Source of the DNA: a virus
Strand: one strand, 5' to 3'
Virus record (IMG/VR): IMGVR_UViG_3300014203_000008
Span: 1 to 32,900 of that record
DNA length: 32,900 nt
Shown: positions 7,981 to 17,207 of the stretch, piece after piece
Position numbering within the stretch: the stretch's first letter is position 1
Layout of the letters: the number at the start of each line of letters is the position of its first letter
Position numbers and translations under genes: made by a program
The notes under the pieces: generated by a model
The model's database searches: none
What the model was told of the DNA's origin: nothing
Seen by the model: the letters and a program-made list of their open reading frames with translations, nothing else

Positions 7981-9186
7981 CTATTCTAATATTTTTTTGA
8001 TTTCTGCAAGTTTATTGTTTGCAATTGCTAGTTCTTCTTTGAGAATTTCCATTTCTTGATTGCTTTCTGCAACTTGTACTCCTGGAGAAACGTATTCAAT
8101 TCCTAGATATTCGCATATCCCCTGGCAGTGTTCCTCTGCTACTTCTTTTTGGTAGTCTACATTAACCATAAGTAATGCTTCGGTCTTATTATCCATAAAT
8201 CCATTTTCAGACAATACAGCAGGCATATCCGTGTATTTCAGAACATAAAACCCTGCTGTTTTTATTCCTCTGTCAATTTGTTTTGTTCCGTTTACTAAAT
8301 ATTTATGAATACACGTTGCTAATTTCTTTCCATTTACTGATGTTGGATAGTGATACACAGATAAACCACTCGGGTCGTTTCCGTCAAATACACCATCAAG
8401 TGCGTTGTAATGAATTGATATGTATAAATCTGCTTTTAAACTATTGGCAGTATTTACTCTACTTGCAAGCGAAGTATCTGCATCTGTTGGCGCGACTAAA
8501 ACTGTTTTTAGATTACATCTTTGCAAAGCAAGATTCAAATATCCAACAACTGCGTTGTTAAATTCGTTCTCATGCACAAATCTTCCTAATTCTTCTATAT
8601 ATGGCGTTCTTTTTCCTGACGTAGACATTCCGTGTCCGTCATCAAGTGCGATTAAATAACTCATTGTTTCTCCTTTATCATATTTTGTCAAATCATATGT
8701 TTTTATTACGTTAAGCAAATTATCTACGTAATTAATACTTGTTGCATAACCATCACTTTTTATATTTTCTAAATATGTTTTGGCGTCTGTAACGCCTTTT
8801 AAATTTTCGTATCTTGCGTTGTTGATAAAGTCAAAATATCCGATTATACATTGTTCCATATTCTCAAATGTAAACCATTTCATGCTTGTGCTTGTATATG
8901 TTCCGTCTGCGTTCTGTTCAGAGCCTACCTTGTAATAAAATCCATTATTTGTAGGACAACGCCCATCTTTATATTTCAAGCCAAAATAATTATTCACTTT
9001 TGCAAGTTCGCTTGTTCCTCTTGCACTTTCCAAAATCGCTTGTGCAATAATAGGACTGTGTACTTTAATGTTATACTTATTAGCATACTTTACAACATAT
9101 TTAGATATTTCACTTATAAAATTATATACTTGCATTTTCCACCTTTTAACAAGGGCATGTTGTGAAAGCACACCATTGTTTTTCAA
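7981..9186 (-). CDS. Bifunctional endolysin: an N-terminal GH73 N-acetylglucosaminidase plus an Amidase_3 N-acetylmuramoyl-L-alanine amidase. The C-terminus is a coiled coil, with no recognisable wall-binding domain.
   Basis: AQAILESARGTSELAKVNNYFGLKY (GH73). IALDDGHGMSTSGKRTP, DLYISIHYNA and SENGFMDN (Amidase_3). Confidence 0.85.
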   Translation of the reverse strand: MKNNGVLSQHALVKRWKMQVYNFISEISKYVVKYANKYNIKVHSPIIAQAILESARGTSELAKVNNYFGLKYKDGRCPTNNGFYYKVGSEQNADGTYTSTSMKWFTFENMEQCIIGYFDFINNARYENLKGVTDAKTYLENIKSDGYATSINYVDNLLNVIKTYDLTKYDKGETMSYLIALDDGHGMSTSGKRTPYIEELGRFVHENEFNNAVVGYLNLALQRCNLKTVLVAPTDADTSLASRVNTANSLKADLYISIHYNALDGVFDGNDPSGLSVYHYPTSVNGKKLATCIHKYLVNGTKQIDRGIKTAGFYVLKYTDMPAVLSENGFMDNKTEALLMVNVDYQKEVAEEHCQGICEYLGIEYVSPGVQVAESNQEMEILKEELAIANNKLAEIKKILE

Positions 9187-9187
9187 A

Positions 9188-9391
9188 TTATACCGTTTTG
9201 TTGTAGTTTGCTTTGCTGATTCCTAGTAATGTGCCTAAAAATAAATCAATAGCAGTTATTGTTCCTACAATTTGTTCTCCATATGGAAATCCCCAAATTC
9301 CTGCAAGTGCAAAATATAAAACGCCAGAAGCAGGCAATCCAATTTGAGCGATCCATTTTAATACTGTGTACATTTTGTCATTAAATTTCAT
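9188..9391 (-). CDS. Holin (Dp-1-like holin family).
   Basis: MKFNDKMYTVLKWIAQIGLPASGVLYFALAGIWGFPYGEQIVGTITAIDLFLGTLLGISKANYNK. RBS AAAAGGAGAAAAGAA at the internal ATG 9391. Lies immediately upstream of the endolysin. Confidence 0.65.
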   Translation of the reverse strand: MKFNDKMYTVLKWIAQIGLPASGVLYFALAGIWGFPYGEQIVGTITAIDLFLGTLLGISKANYNKTV

Positions 9392-9544
9392 TTCTTTTCT
9401 CCTTTTATTTGTTTGGTTTATCCTTGTATTCAAAGTTAGCGCACCCCCACGAATGAGAATACGCCAACCACTACAAGGAGGTAGTATGAAAAACAGTTCT
9501 TAATGAACTAATTACATTATACACCTTTTTCAGTTTAATGCAAG

Positions 9545-9769
9545 TTATCTGTTGATAATACATTTTAAATCTTCAATTTCTTGCTTTAATACCTTGCAAG
9601 TTCCCTCTACTACAAATGTTCGTTCAATTACTGTGTTGTGTTTGTCAACCTTTTTCTCAAGTTGTGATATGCGATATAAAGTTAATTTATTTGTTATTAG
9701 AATCCCTGCTAGTGTGCCAACGCTACTTCCGACTAATGTTACAATGGTAATAATTGATGTTGCATCCAT
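9545..9769 (-). CDS. XhlA-like lysis-associated membrane protein (TM helix plus coiled coil).
   Basis: An N-terminal TM helix followed by RISQLEKKVDKHNTVIER-type heptads. Located at the head of the lysis cassette. Confidence 0.4.
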   Translation of the reverse strand: MDATSIITIVTLVGSSVGTLAGILITNKLTLYRISQLEKKVDKHNTVIERTFVVEGTCKVLKQEIEDLKCIINR

Positions 9770-9802
9770 GTTTATGTTCCCCTAACTTAATTTTATAAAT
9801 AT

Positions 9803-9831
9803 AGTATACTCTTGTGTGTATGTTATGTCAA
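9803..9831 (-). promoter_or_regulatory. Promoter TTGACA-17-TATACT in front of the lysis cassette.
   Basis: Reverse complement TTGACAtaacatacacacaagagTATACT. Confidence 0.55.
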
Positions 9832-9832
9832 A

Positions 9833-10288
9833 TTATTTAAGTATTACATCTTTTACATATAGAATTGTGTTTGAAGTAGCGTAAGCGTTATATACTTTTA
9901 AGGCAATTGCCCTTGTTCCAGTATAACCACTAACGTCAATTGACACTGTTCTATACTCTGTTCCTTGAACATTTTCATCAATCAGTGGATAATATATTGT
10001 ACTTGCGTTATTAAGCGACACTCTACCCACTCTGTTCGCATCGTTCAAATTACATTTTACTTCAAATTCAATTGTATTTATATTTGTAACATCAACATTT
10101 ATATAAACACCATATGTCGATGCTTTATTACTCACAACAAAATAATATCCATCATTATATCCGTAACTGTCTGCCCCGGAATTTACAACACTATGCCCAG
10201 CATCTACAACCCCATCTTTAATTAGGTAGAAATCTCCACCTGTTGTTTTTGTCCAATTTGCCCCATAAACCCAATTTATTAAAGCCAT
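9833..10288 (-). CDS. Putative receptor-binding or carbohydrate-binding tail-tip protein (beta-rich, 151 aa).
   Basis: Last structural gene before lysis. Composition is Asn/Tyr/Val/Gly-rich and beta-sandwich-like. No motif-level identification. Confidence 0.35.
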   Translation of the reverse strand: MALINWVYGANWTKTTGGDFYLIKDGVVDAGHSVVNSGADSYGYNDGYYFVVSNKASTYGVYINVDVTNINTIEFEVKCNLNDANRVGRVSLNNASTIYYPLIDENVQGTEYRTVSIDVSGYTGTRAIALKVYNAYATSNTILYVKDVILK

Positions 10289-10289
10289 A

Positions 10290-10769
10290 TTATAACCTCA
10301 CTTCCAAATTAACAGTCGCACTAGGCGTTGCGGTTGCGTGGAAAGTAACTTCATCTGTTCCAGCAATTACACTAACAATCAAAGCGGAATCTGATATCTC
10401 GGCATCAGTAGGGTAATTTGTTGCACTTCTCAACGATACATGAGGAATGTCGCTTGTTGTTGCTCCTGTCAAAGTTTTTGTTGCATAATATCCACCAGTT
10501 TCGGAAGTCCAATCCGTAGTCAATACTGCAAATTCAGAAGTAGTTGCGATTTTGTCAATTTCTGTTTCTGTATCTTCAAACGCATCATCAATTCTGCCCT
10601 CTAGTGCGTTCAAGGTTGTTGCGTCTGGCAAATCTCCCTCTGCATAAACTGTTCCCTCTGTTCTCGTGTAGTCGTATGTCGACACTGTTCCACTAACTAA
10701 TGTTTCTGTTCTTCTTCCCGGATGTTCAACATCTCTGTCTACCCATGTTTTCGTTACAAAATTACTCAT
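10290..10769 (-). CDS. Putative tail fibre protein.
   Basis: N-terminal TKTWVDRD...ATTLNALEGRIDDAF resembles the W-x-D...LN-x-(I/L)-E motif common in Firmicute phage fibres. Confidence 0.45.
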   Translation of the reverse strand: MSNFVTKTWVDRDVEHPGRRTETLVSGTVSTYDYTRTEGTVYAEGDLPDATTLNALEGRIDDAFEDTETEIDKIATTSEFAVLTTDWTSETGGYYATKTLTGATTSDIPHVSLRSATNYPTDAEISDSALIVSVIAGTDEVTFHATATPSATVNLEVRL

Positions 10770-10782
10770 TTTTTCTCTCCTC

Positions 10783-11196
10783 TTAAATTAGTCCGTATTC
10801 ACCGCAGTAAAATTCACCGCAGTATGGTTTATTTGTTCCAACTTCTATTGCATGATTTATTCTATCTTCTAAAAAAGTTTCAATTTCATTCCACCGAATG
10901 TATGTGTTAAATGGTCTTGCAAGGCTTAAATCGGTTCGTAGATACCTTGCTTTTAATGTCTGTAGCATTGTTTCTATTTCGGCATAATCTGTTGCTTTTG
11001 GGATAAATGCAACTTGCAGTTGTTCATATTCATCTAGAAAGTTAGGATTGATTTCAGTATAATCTAACCCAAAATATTTACATAAAAGTATTAAATAATC
11101 CCATATTCTATATAAGTCATCCGCATTCATAAAAGCCTTGTCTGTTTTTTCTAAAATATCGGCTTGCGTTCTATCTGTTATAAATTCATAACTCAT
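10783..11196 (-). CDS. Tail-associated protein ending in YCGEFYCGEYGLI.
   Basis: The start at 11196 overlaps the upstream stop (TAATG). An alternative ATG exists at 11211. Contains an ITDRTQADI N-terminal motif. Confidence 0.6.
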   Translation of the reverse strand: MSYEFITDRTQADILEKTDKAFMNADDLYRIWDYLILLCKYFGLDYTEINPNFLDEYEQLQVAFIPKATDYAEIETMLQTLKARYLRTDLSLARPFNTYIRWNEIETFLEDRINHAIEVGTNKPYCGEFYCGEYGLI

Positions 11197-12911
11197 TAAA
11201 TTAACCCCCATTCTCCACAGTAGAACTCACCGCAGTAATTAAACTCGTTTGTAGTTCCGTAAATTCCGATAGCCTTTATTGTAGATGAGAATCCACCAGC
11301 CAAATCCGTTGAGATACTTTCAATCCCTGCAATATATGGGTTTAGTCCGTCTGTTGGATTCTGAATTTTTACAAACTCGCTTGTTTTTTCTCCGTAATTG
11401 ATAAATTCGCAATTGATTGTAAGTAATTGTCCGTAGTAATCAAGTAAATCTTCTGCTTTATCTAATGCACTTTGATAGTTCAAGCAATATCCACTAAATA
11501 TTTTTGTGTTTTCCGTCATATTACTAGGAATATAATCGACTGTTTTAGTTGCTGCCATCTTCTGCGATTCATATTTGTACGCATTGATTGTTAAAGTTGC
11601 TGACGTTGTCAAATTAACTGTTATAAAGTATGTTCCACTATCTACTATTGTTCCTGTATTAACTGTATATCCAGAGTATGGATTGTCAAAGTATATTGTT
11701 TGTTCTCCACTAGAATATGTTTCGCTTACTATTTCTGTCAATTCGGTGTCTAATTTCCACGTGTAATAATTAACTACAACGCTTGACACATATTCATTTT
11801 GCGTAACATTTGTTGAAAACTTTCTACTTTTCGATATTGTGCTTTGAATTGTTTTGTTTTGCTTAAATATATCCACGCTATCGCTTCGACTTGTGTCTAC
11901 AATAGAATTAGTAGCAAATAATACTTCCCTTAACGCTTTTCTACACGTCATAGGCTTAATTGTTCCATATATTAATGTGTCGGCTGTAACACTATCAATT
12001 GTATATGATGTAATACCACAAGAACTAAATATAGCGTCTAGTATCGTTTCTGCTCTAACTCCATTATACATTGCTCCGCCATTGAAGTCAAAGTTATCCA
12101 TGCGACCTATTCGATCGGTACATTTGAAACTAACGATACCATTTTGTGAACTAAATGTTTGCATATAAAAGTCGCCTAAGAACGTTTCTATTCCGTCTAA
12201 ATATTCGGTTGCTGTTAAATGCTGACCTTTATTTACTCCAGCAAATAGTCCGTCTGGGTTTCCTAGTTCAAAGTCTCCATTTGCGTCATTTGCTTTAAAA
12301 TTTAATGTATTGATTGATATTTTATCAGAGTTAACATCTGATTCTTCAAGCAGGCTTCCACTTATTATTTCACTTCCAGACCACTCAACATTAGTTCCAA
12401 AATCAACCTTTGATATTCTGTCAAATCTGTTTTTAATATCACGTGTTCCTGTTAAATAAATTTTAACCATGTAATAGTTTTCAACGTATTTATTTGCAAA
12501 AAATATGAGACTGTCTGGTTTGTAATCTTCTGATATTAAAATATCTCCTGATGAATCATACCAATTGATATAAATATCATCTGTATAATTTTCGTAGAAA
12601 TGGATGGTTATTCCATTCGATGTGTGTGGAGAATCAAATGCAAATGATAATAATGGATAGCCTGAAATTTGAAAAGTTTGTTTATTTGATAAAAAAGGTA
12701 TGTCCGTTGGAGTGTCTGGCATTTCACTAAAACTACCATCTAAAAGAGTTCTGTTTGTTTCTAATGTCATATATTTTTCTGGTTCTATCGCTTCATCATT
12801 TCGCAATAATTCAAGATCAGAAACATCTTGATAATTCTCCGCTGAAAATTCTGCGTCTGTTAACGCTGTATCGTCTATCAATTCATAATTAATTTTTAAT
12901 GATGTATTCAT
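11196..12911 (-). CDS. Large distal tail or baseplate protein (Tal-position, 571 aa) ending in YCGEFYCGEWGLI.
   Basis: Its size and its position two genes after the tape measure. Confidence 0.55.
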   Translation of the reverse strand: MNTSLKINYELIDDTALTDAEFSAENYQDVSDLELLRNDEAIEPEKYMTLETNRTLLDGSFSEMPDTPTDIPFLSNKQTFQISGYPLLSFAFDSPHTSNGITIHFYENYTDDIYINWYDSSGDILISEDYKPDSLIFFANKYVENYYMVKIYLTGTRDIKNRFDRISKVDFGTNVEWSGSEIISGSLLEESDVNSDKISINTLNFKANDANGDFELGNPDGLFAGVNKGQHLTATEYLDGIETFLGDFYMQTFSSQNGIVSFKCTDRIGRMDNFDFNGGAMYNGVRAETILDAIFSSCGITSYTIDSVTADTLIYGTIKPMTCRKALREVLFATNSIVDTSRSDSVDIFKQNKTIQSTISKSRKFSTNVTQNEYVSSVVVNYYTWKLDTELTEIVSETYSSGEQTIYFDNPYSGYTVNTGTIVDSGTYFITVNLTTSATLTINAYKYESQKMAATKTVDYIPSNMTENTKIFSGYCLNYQSALDKAEDLLDYYGQLLTINCEFINYGEKTSEFVKIQNPTDGLNPYIAGIESISTDLAGGFSSTIKAIGIYGTTNEFNYCGEFYCGEWGLI

Positions 12912-12923
12912 TTTACCTCCTTT

Positions 12924-13301
12924 CTATGCGTATATTGCTGGTAATTTTGCTTTAAAACTACACGTAAGAGCCTTGAAATGTGTTCCGTCTGCTTCTTCTC
13001 TGTCTATTTCATCAGATACGCTTGAAATATAACCAGTGAAACAACAATATTCATTGCTTATTGGTAATTTTATTGTGTGAAAAGCGGTAGGACTTGCTAA
13101 GACATTGAATAATGCGTTATAATCGCTTACATTGTTTTCATATCCAAAAGAACACGTATAATTTATATATGTTCCTATTACTTCTCGATACATATCTCCA
13201 TCTTCTGTACGACCAGCCTTTTTGTCTAAGACATCAGCTGTTCTTTTTAATGCTACGATAGGAGTACCATACGATACACCATCAATATATAATTTTGCCA
13301 T
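12924..13301 (-). CDS. Small tail protein in the Dit position (125 aa).
   Basis: Lies immediately downstream of the tape measure. No motif-level call. Confidence 0.4.
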   Translation of the reverse strand: MAKLYIDGVSYGTPIVALKRTADVLDKKAGRTEDGDMYREVIGTYINYTCSFGYENNVSDYNALFNVLASPTAFHTIKLPISNEYCCFTGYISSVSDEIDREEADGTHFKALTCSFKAKLPAIYA

Positions 13302-13302
13302 G

Positions 13303-15588
13303 TTACACCCCCGTCATAACAACATCATATCCAAGCCTATTTTGCTCACTCATTACTAGAGGAGTCATGACTCTTCCTATTTCCGTTTCATTTATTTTAA
13401 GTATTATTTCTTGATTTCCACCACCTCTATTTCCTAGAGATATATTCATTGCTTCTACGATTGTATCAAGTGGTGCTTCAATATTTGTTCCACTCGTTTG
13501 GTCTCCTAGCATTGCCAAAAACTTACTATTAGGTGGTATTACTGCCCCCGTTGCTAGCCCAGGTATATTTGTTGGCATTCCTGCTTTGCTTCCAGTAGAA
13601 GATTTTTTTTGTGGCAACCTTATCAATGGAATTTGTGGTGCTGTTAGGTTTCCAAAACCAATATTTGCTTCCATTCCACCGATTTCTGGAATCCAATCTG
13701 GCACTTTGAAATTTATTCCACCCCAAGAATTTAATATACTGACTATTGAGGAAAGCATATTGTTGAGCATTGTCAAAACATCGTTTATTCCTTTTGCAAA
13801 TCCCATTGTCATATTAAACTTTATTATATCCCACATACTAACTGTTTCATCATTAAGAGTTCCACCAAATGCTTTATAATTTTCAATAAAATCGCCAAAT
13901 GCATCTGTTAGTTTATCTAAAACTAAATCTTTTATATCATCTTTATATTTAATTAATGCTAATAATGAAGTGGCAAATGGTCCAAGTATCGCAGTTGTTA
14001 ATGTTGCTATAACTGGATTGTTTACAAAATCGGTTGCCATTGTCGCAAGTGCGTCTAGTGAAAGACCAAAGTCATCAGTTATAGATGGAAAAAAACCACC
14101 CTCGCCAAACCATGTAAAATCTTCGTAAACTTCTGTATCTTCTGGATTTATTAATTTTCCTAATTCTTTTCCTAACTCAAAACCCTTAACAGCGACAGCA
14201 ACAACTACAGCAATCGTGCCGAGTGACTTTAGTAATACTAAATTGCTTGTTAAAAAAGAAAGGGCATTTGCTGCTACACCTCCAACTTTAAAAACAATTA
14301 TTGAAGTTGCAAGAACTCCTAGTGCTGTCCCAATATCTTCTATTGTGTCATCGTCCAAATTATCTATTGATGTTGCAAAATCGTCTATCCAGCCTGCTAA
14401 ATCTGTACTATCCCAATCTTCTATGCCAAACAGTTCTTTGAAAAAATCAATAAATCCTTTCCATGCGAGTGAAATAAACCGACCTAGTGCTTCGCCTAAA
14501 TGTTGTATACTTTCGACCAATGGTCTTAGTTTTTCTTCTAATTCTGAAGCCTTATCTCCAAGGACGCTTGTTTCTCCATAATCTATTGATGTGCCACCGC
14601 CACCAAAACTACTTAGTACGTTCGTTCCACTGCCAGATTGACTATTAAGCACGTTTATATCGTCAAACGCTGCTAGTTGGTCGCTAAGTGCTGAATTTGC
14701 ATCTTCCGTGCTACTTGCCAAATCTGATTCTGCGCTTGCTAGCCCTCCGACTGACGACGATGCTGTGGAAACCTTAGCTTCAAACCCTAAGATGTTAGAT
14801 ATTGCTGTTGCTACGTTAATTGCTGCACTTAATACTGTATTTAAAAAGTTTACAACTGGAGTTAATGCTTGTATTAATCTTGAGCCTATAATTGTTAGAA
14901 ACTCATTCCATCTTTCAGATAATACCCTTGTACTGTTTGCCCATGAATCTTGCGTGTTTGCAAAATCTCCCATTGCTAACTCTGTGGCGTTTAGAAAAAA
15001 CTCTTGTCTTACTAATAATTGATTAGCAGCGTCCATGTTTTTATATAACTGTCCGTACCCTTGAGCAAGTGCAAATGCTTCTAAATTAGTTTGTGTCATA
15101 ATAATACCGATTTGCTTTAGTGATTCAGTTTCGCCAGAATACACAGCACGTCCGATTGTATTAACTTCTGACATTGATTTATTATAGAACGACATAACAT
15201 CTGCTAGCCTTGCGGTTAATTCAATTGCTTTGTCGCTTCCTATTTCTAAACCTTGTCCCATTCCTTGTCCCATTGCCATAAACGTAGATGCCATAGTTTT
15301 AGCTGATAGTTCGGAAATACCAAATTGCTCAATCGCTGTTTTGGAAAATTCCTCTATCTTGTACGACATAGCACCAAAGGAAACATCTACAACATTTTGT
15401 ACTTCTTGCAAGTCGCTCGCTAGGTTTATCGCAGCCTTACCCATGTTCACGATTGCACGAACACCAAAGGCAACTGCAACAGTTCCAGCAAGTTTTTTTA
15501 ATGAACTACTGATACCAGCAACTCCTGTTTTAATTCCCGTTTGATCGACTTCGGTTTTTATAACTATTGATCCGTCATAACTTGCCAT
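13303..15588 (-). CDS. Tail tape measure protein.
   Basis: 761 aa, Ala/Gly/Ser-rich with hydrophobic central segments. Located after the two chaperone genes. Confidence 0.85.
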   Translation of the reverse strand: MASYDGSIVIKTEVDQTGIKTGVAGISSSLKKLAGTVAVAFGVRAIVNMGKAAINLASDLQEVQNVVDVSFGAMSYKIEEFSKTAIEQFGISELSAKTMASTFMAMGQGMGQGLEIGSDKAIELTARLADVMSFYNKSMSEVNTIGRAVYSGETESLKQIGIIMTQTNLEAFALAQGYGQLYKNMDAANQLLVRQEFFLNATELAMGDFANTQDSWANSTRVLSERWNEFLTIIGSRLIQALTPVVNFLNTVLSAAINVATAISNILGFEAKVSTASSSVGGLASAESDLASSTEDANSALSDQLAAFDDINVLNSQSGSGTNVLSSFGGGGTSIDYGETSVLGDKASELEEKLRPLVESIQHLGEALGRFISLAWKGFIDFFKELFGIEDWDSTDLAGWIDDFATSIDNLDDDTIEDIGTALGVLATSIIVFKVGGVAANALSFLTSNLVLLKSLGTIAVVVAVAVKGFELGKELGKLINPEDTEVYEDFTWFGEGGFFPSITDDFGLSLDALATMATDFVNNPVIATLTTAILGPFATSLLALIKYKDDIKDLVLDKLTDAFGDFIENYKAFGGTLNDETVSMWDIIKFNMTMGFAKGINDVLTMLNNMLSSIVSILNSWGGINFKVPDWIPEIGGMEANIGFGNLTAPQIPLIRLPQKKSSTGSKAGMPTNIPGLATGAVIPPNSKFLAMLGDQTSGTNIEAPLDTIVEAMNISLGNRGGGNQEIILKINETEIGRVMTPLVMSEQNRLGYDVVMTGV

Positions 15589-16196
15589 TATTTATCCTTT
15601 CTGATTGCATTCCTTATTGCTTTTTGATTTAACTCCATCAATTCTTTCATTCTGTCTTTATCTTTTACATCTTCTGTTGTTAGAATGTCAATCTCGTTTC
15701 TATTTTCTTTGTAAAACTTCTCTTCCCAATCTGCTAGTTTTTCATGCTTTGCCTTTTTGCTTCTTATTGAAACAATCGTTGCAAATCTGCATTCTCCTAT
15801 TTCCATGTATTCAGAAAGAAAACTCCACCAGTGTAAATTTTTAATACCTCTTATATCTTGCCCTATGCTCTTTGAAATTGGAGCGATAATCTTTTGTATA
15901 TCTTTATCCCAATCCACTAACTTCGGTTGTGGTTTCTTTTCTTCTTCTACTTCTCCACCATTGATAAATAAGAACATACATTCAATTGCTTCTGCATAGT
16001 CTGCAACCTTTATTTCAGCCTTATAAAACAGTTTTAAGCATACTTGATACTTTTCTGCGAGTAGTAACTCTTTCTCGTCCATATTAAGCACTTTGAATAA
16101 TTTTAGTGTTGTCCGATAGTCTGCGTCAAACTCATATTCTGTATTATTTATATTAACACTCGTAGGTAGTGATAATGTGTCAAACTTTTTATACAT
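15588..16196 (-). CDS. Phage Gp15-family protein (tail assembly chaperone, second position).
   Basis: N-terminus ...VNINNTEYEFDADYRTTLKLFKVL... matches the Gp15-family pattern. ATGA-type overlap with the tape measure gene. Confidence 0.55.
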   Translation of the reverse strand: MYKKFDTLSLPTSVNINNTEYEFDADYRTTLKLFKVLNMDEKELLLAEKYQVCLKLFYKAEIKVADYAEAIECMFLFINGGEVEEEKKPQPKLVDWDKDIQKIIAPISKSIGQDIRGIKNLHWWSFLSEYMEIGECRFATIVSIRSKKAKHEKLADWEEKFYKENRNEIDILTTEDVKDKDRMKELMELNQKAIRNAIRKDK

Positions 16197-16215
16197 ATTC
16201 CCTCCTAATAAATAA

Positions 16216-16239
16216 GGGCGATGGATAATTCCACCACCC
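16216..16239 (-). other. Stable intercistronic hairpin between the two tail chaperone genes.
   Basis: Minus RNA GGGUGGUGGA-AUUA-UCCAUCGCCC forms a 10-bp stem with two G-U pairs, followed by UUAUUUAUU. Confidence 0.5.
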
Positions 16240-16248
16240 TCAAAAGTG

Positions 16249-16659
16249 TTATTTTAACTCTGCAACTTTATCTGCTACTCTTTTTTTACTAAACTCTGCA
16301 TACTTTTCAGTAATCATTCCGAAGAATTGACCAAACATTTCATAAGTAAGCGAATCTCCGAATAATGCTTTGCTTGTTGTAGGACCGTAGATATAATCAA
16401 GTTTATCTTTATATTTCTGTGCAAATTCTTCTAGCACCTTGAATTTATCTAAATCAGTAACACAAGCCTTTTCTTTTGCAATATATTCTTCTTTCTCTTG
16501 CTCATAAGTTGACTGTAATTCTAATATCTTTCTTGCTTCGGTTACATCGGTAGGGTTAAACTTGAATATTCCTCTAGGCTCTTTTCCCTCTGCCTCTGCT
16601 GTTTCTGTTTCAAAAATAGCAATTCTTTTTACTCCTGTGTCTAATACAAAACTTTCCAT
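16249..16659 (-). CDS. Tail assembly chaperone (gpG position).
   Basis: Acidic 136-aa protein located directly after the major tail protein gene. Confidence 0.5.
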   Translation of the reverse strand: MESFVLDTGVKRIAIFETETAEAEGKEPRGIFKFNPTDVTEARKILELQSTYEQEKEEYIAKEKACVTDLDKFKVLEEFAQKYKDKLDYIYGPTTSKALFGDSLTYEMFGQFFGMITEKYAEFSKKRVADKVAELK

Positions 16660-16674
16660 ACTACTCCTTTCATT

Positions 16675-17193
16675 TTATGCGTCTGGTGTGAATGTGTAAA
16701 CTCCTGCTGATACTCCCATTGTTCCTAATGTTTTATCGTTCGAGAAGTCAATTGTTAATGGAGAATCTACGTAGTCTGCGCCACCCTCTGATTCTAATGT
16801 TATTGTACAATTTGCGTGTACATCACATTCCATTGCTGTATCTGCTGTTCCAACATATCCATAAACGACAGCAACTTCATATTTTGACAATTCTGAATAT
16901 CTATCATTTCTATAATGGTTATGTAATTGTAATCTTAATTCGTCGTCGCCTGTTACTGTGTATGGTGTAAATGTTTGAGATGGTTCTGTTTTATTTAATC
17001 TTGCTCTCGTTACACCTAAAATATCTGTTACTTTGGTTTTATCTCCGTTTTTTTCAATTGCCGAATCTGCAATTCCTGTTCCTAATAATTGCCAAACTTT
17101 TGGCTCTGTTGTTCCGACATTTACTAACGTCATTAACTGTTTACGTTTTGCTTCAATTCCGCTTTCGAGATTAAATTCTGTTGCTTCTGCCAT
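16675..17193 (-). CDS. Major tail protein.
   Basis: 172 aa. Position and sequence style (KVWQLLGTGIADSAIEKNGDKTKVTDILG) are typical of phi13/TP901-type major tail proteins. Confidence 0.65.
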   Translation of the reverse strand: MAEATEFNLESGIEAKRKQLMTLVNVGTTEPKVWQLLGTGIADSAIEKNGDKTKVTDILGVTRARLNKTEPSQTFTPYTVTGDDELRLQLHNHYRNDRYSELSKYEVAVVYGYVGTADTAMECDVHANCTITLESEGGADYVDSPLTIDFSNDKTLGTMGVSAGVYTFTPDA

Positions 17194-17207
17194 AATTTAC
17201 TCCTTTT

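Noticed and set aside
9434-9544. Plus-strand mini-ORF MKNSS with AAGGAGG upstream, and a possible promoter TTGCAT-16-TATAAT on the minus strand.
   Set aside because: The five-codon ORF is not credible. The AAGGAGG is the antisense of a minus-strand stem. The minus-strand promoter is plausible but weaker than the others, so it is not listed as a feature.
13529-15544. Several ORFs on both strands nested in the tape measure gene (for example 13529..13726 on the minus strand, and 14216..14581, 14708..15022 and 15230..15544 on the plus strand).
   Set aside because: They are alternative-frame or antisense shadows of a long, compositionally biased CDS, with no RBS and low-complexity translations. 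The same reasoning applies to nested ORFs at 4494..4997, 5369..6008, 8283..9165, 19235..19988, 20327..20779, 22671..23454, 24686..24994 and 31738..32145.
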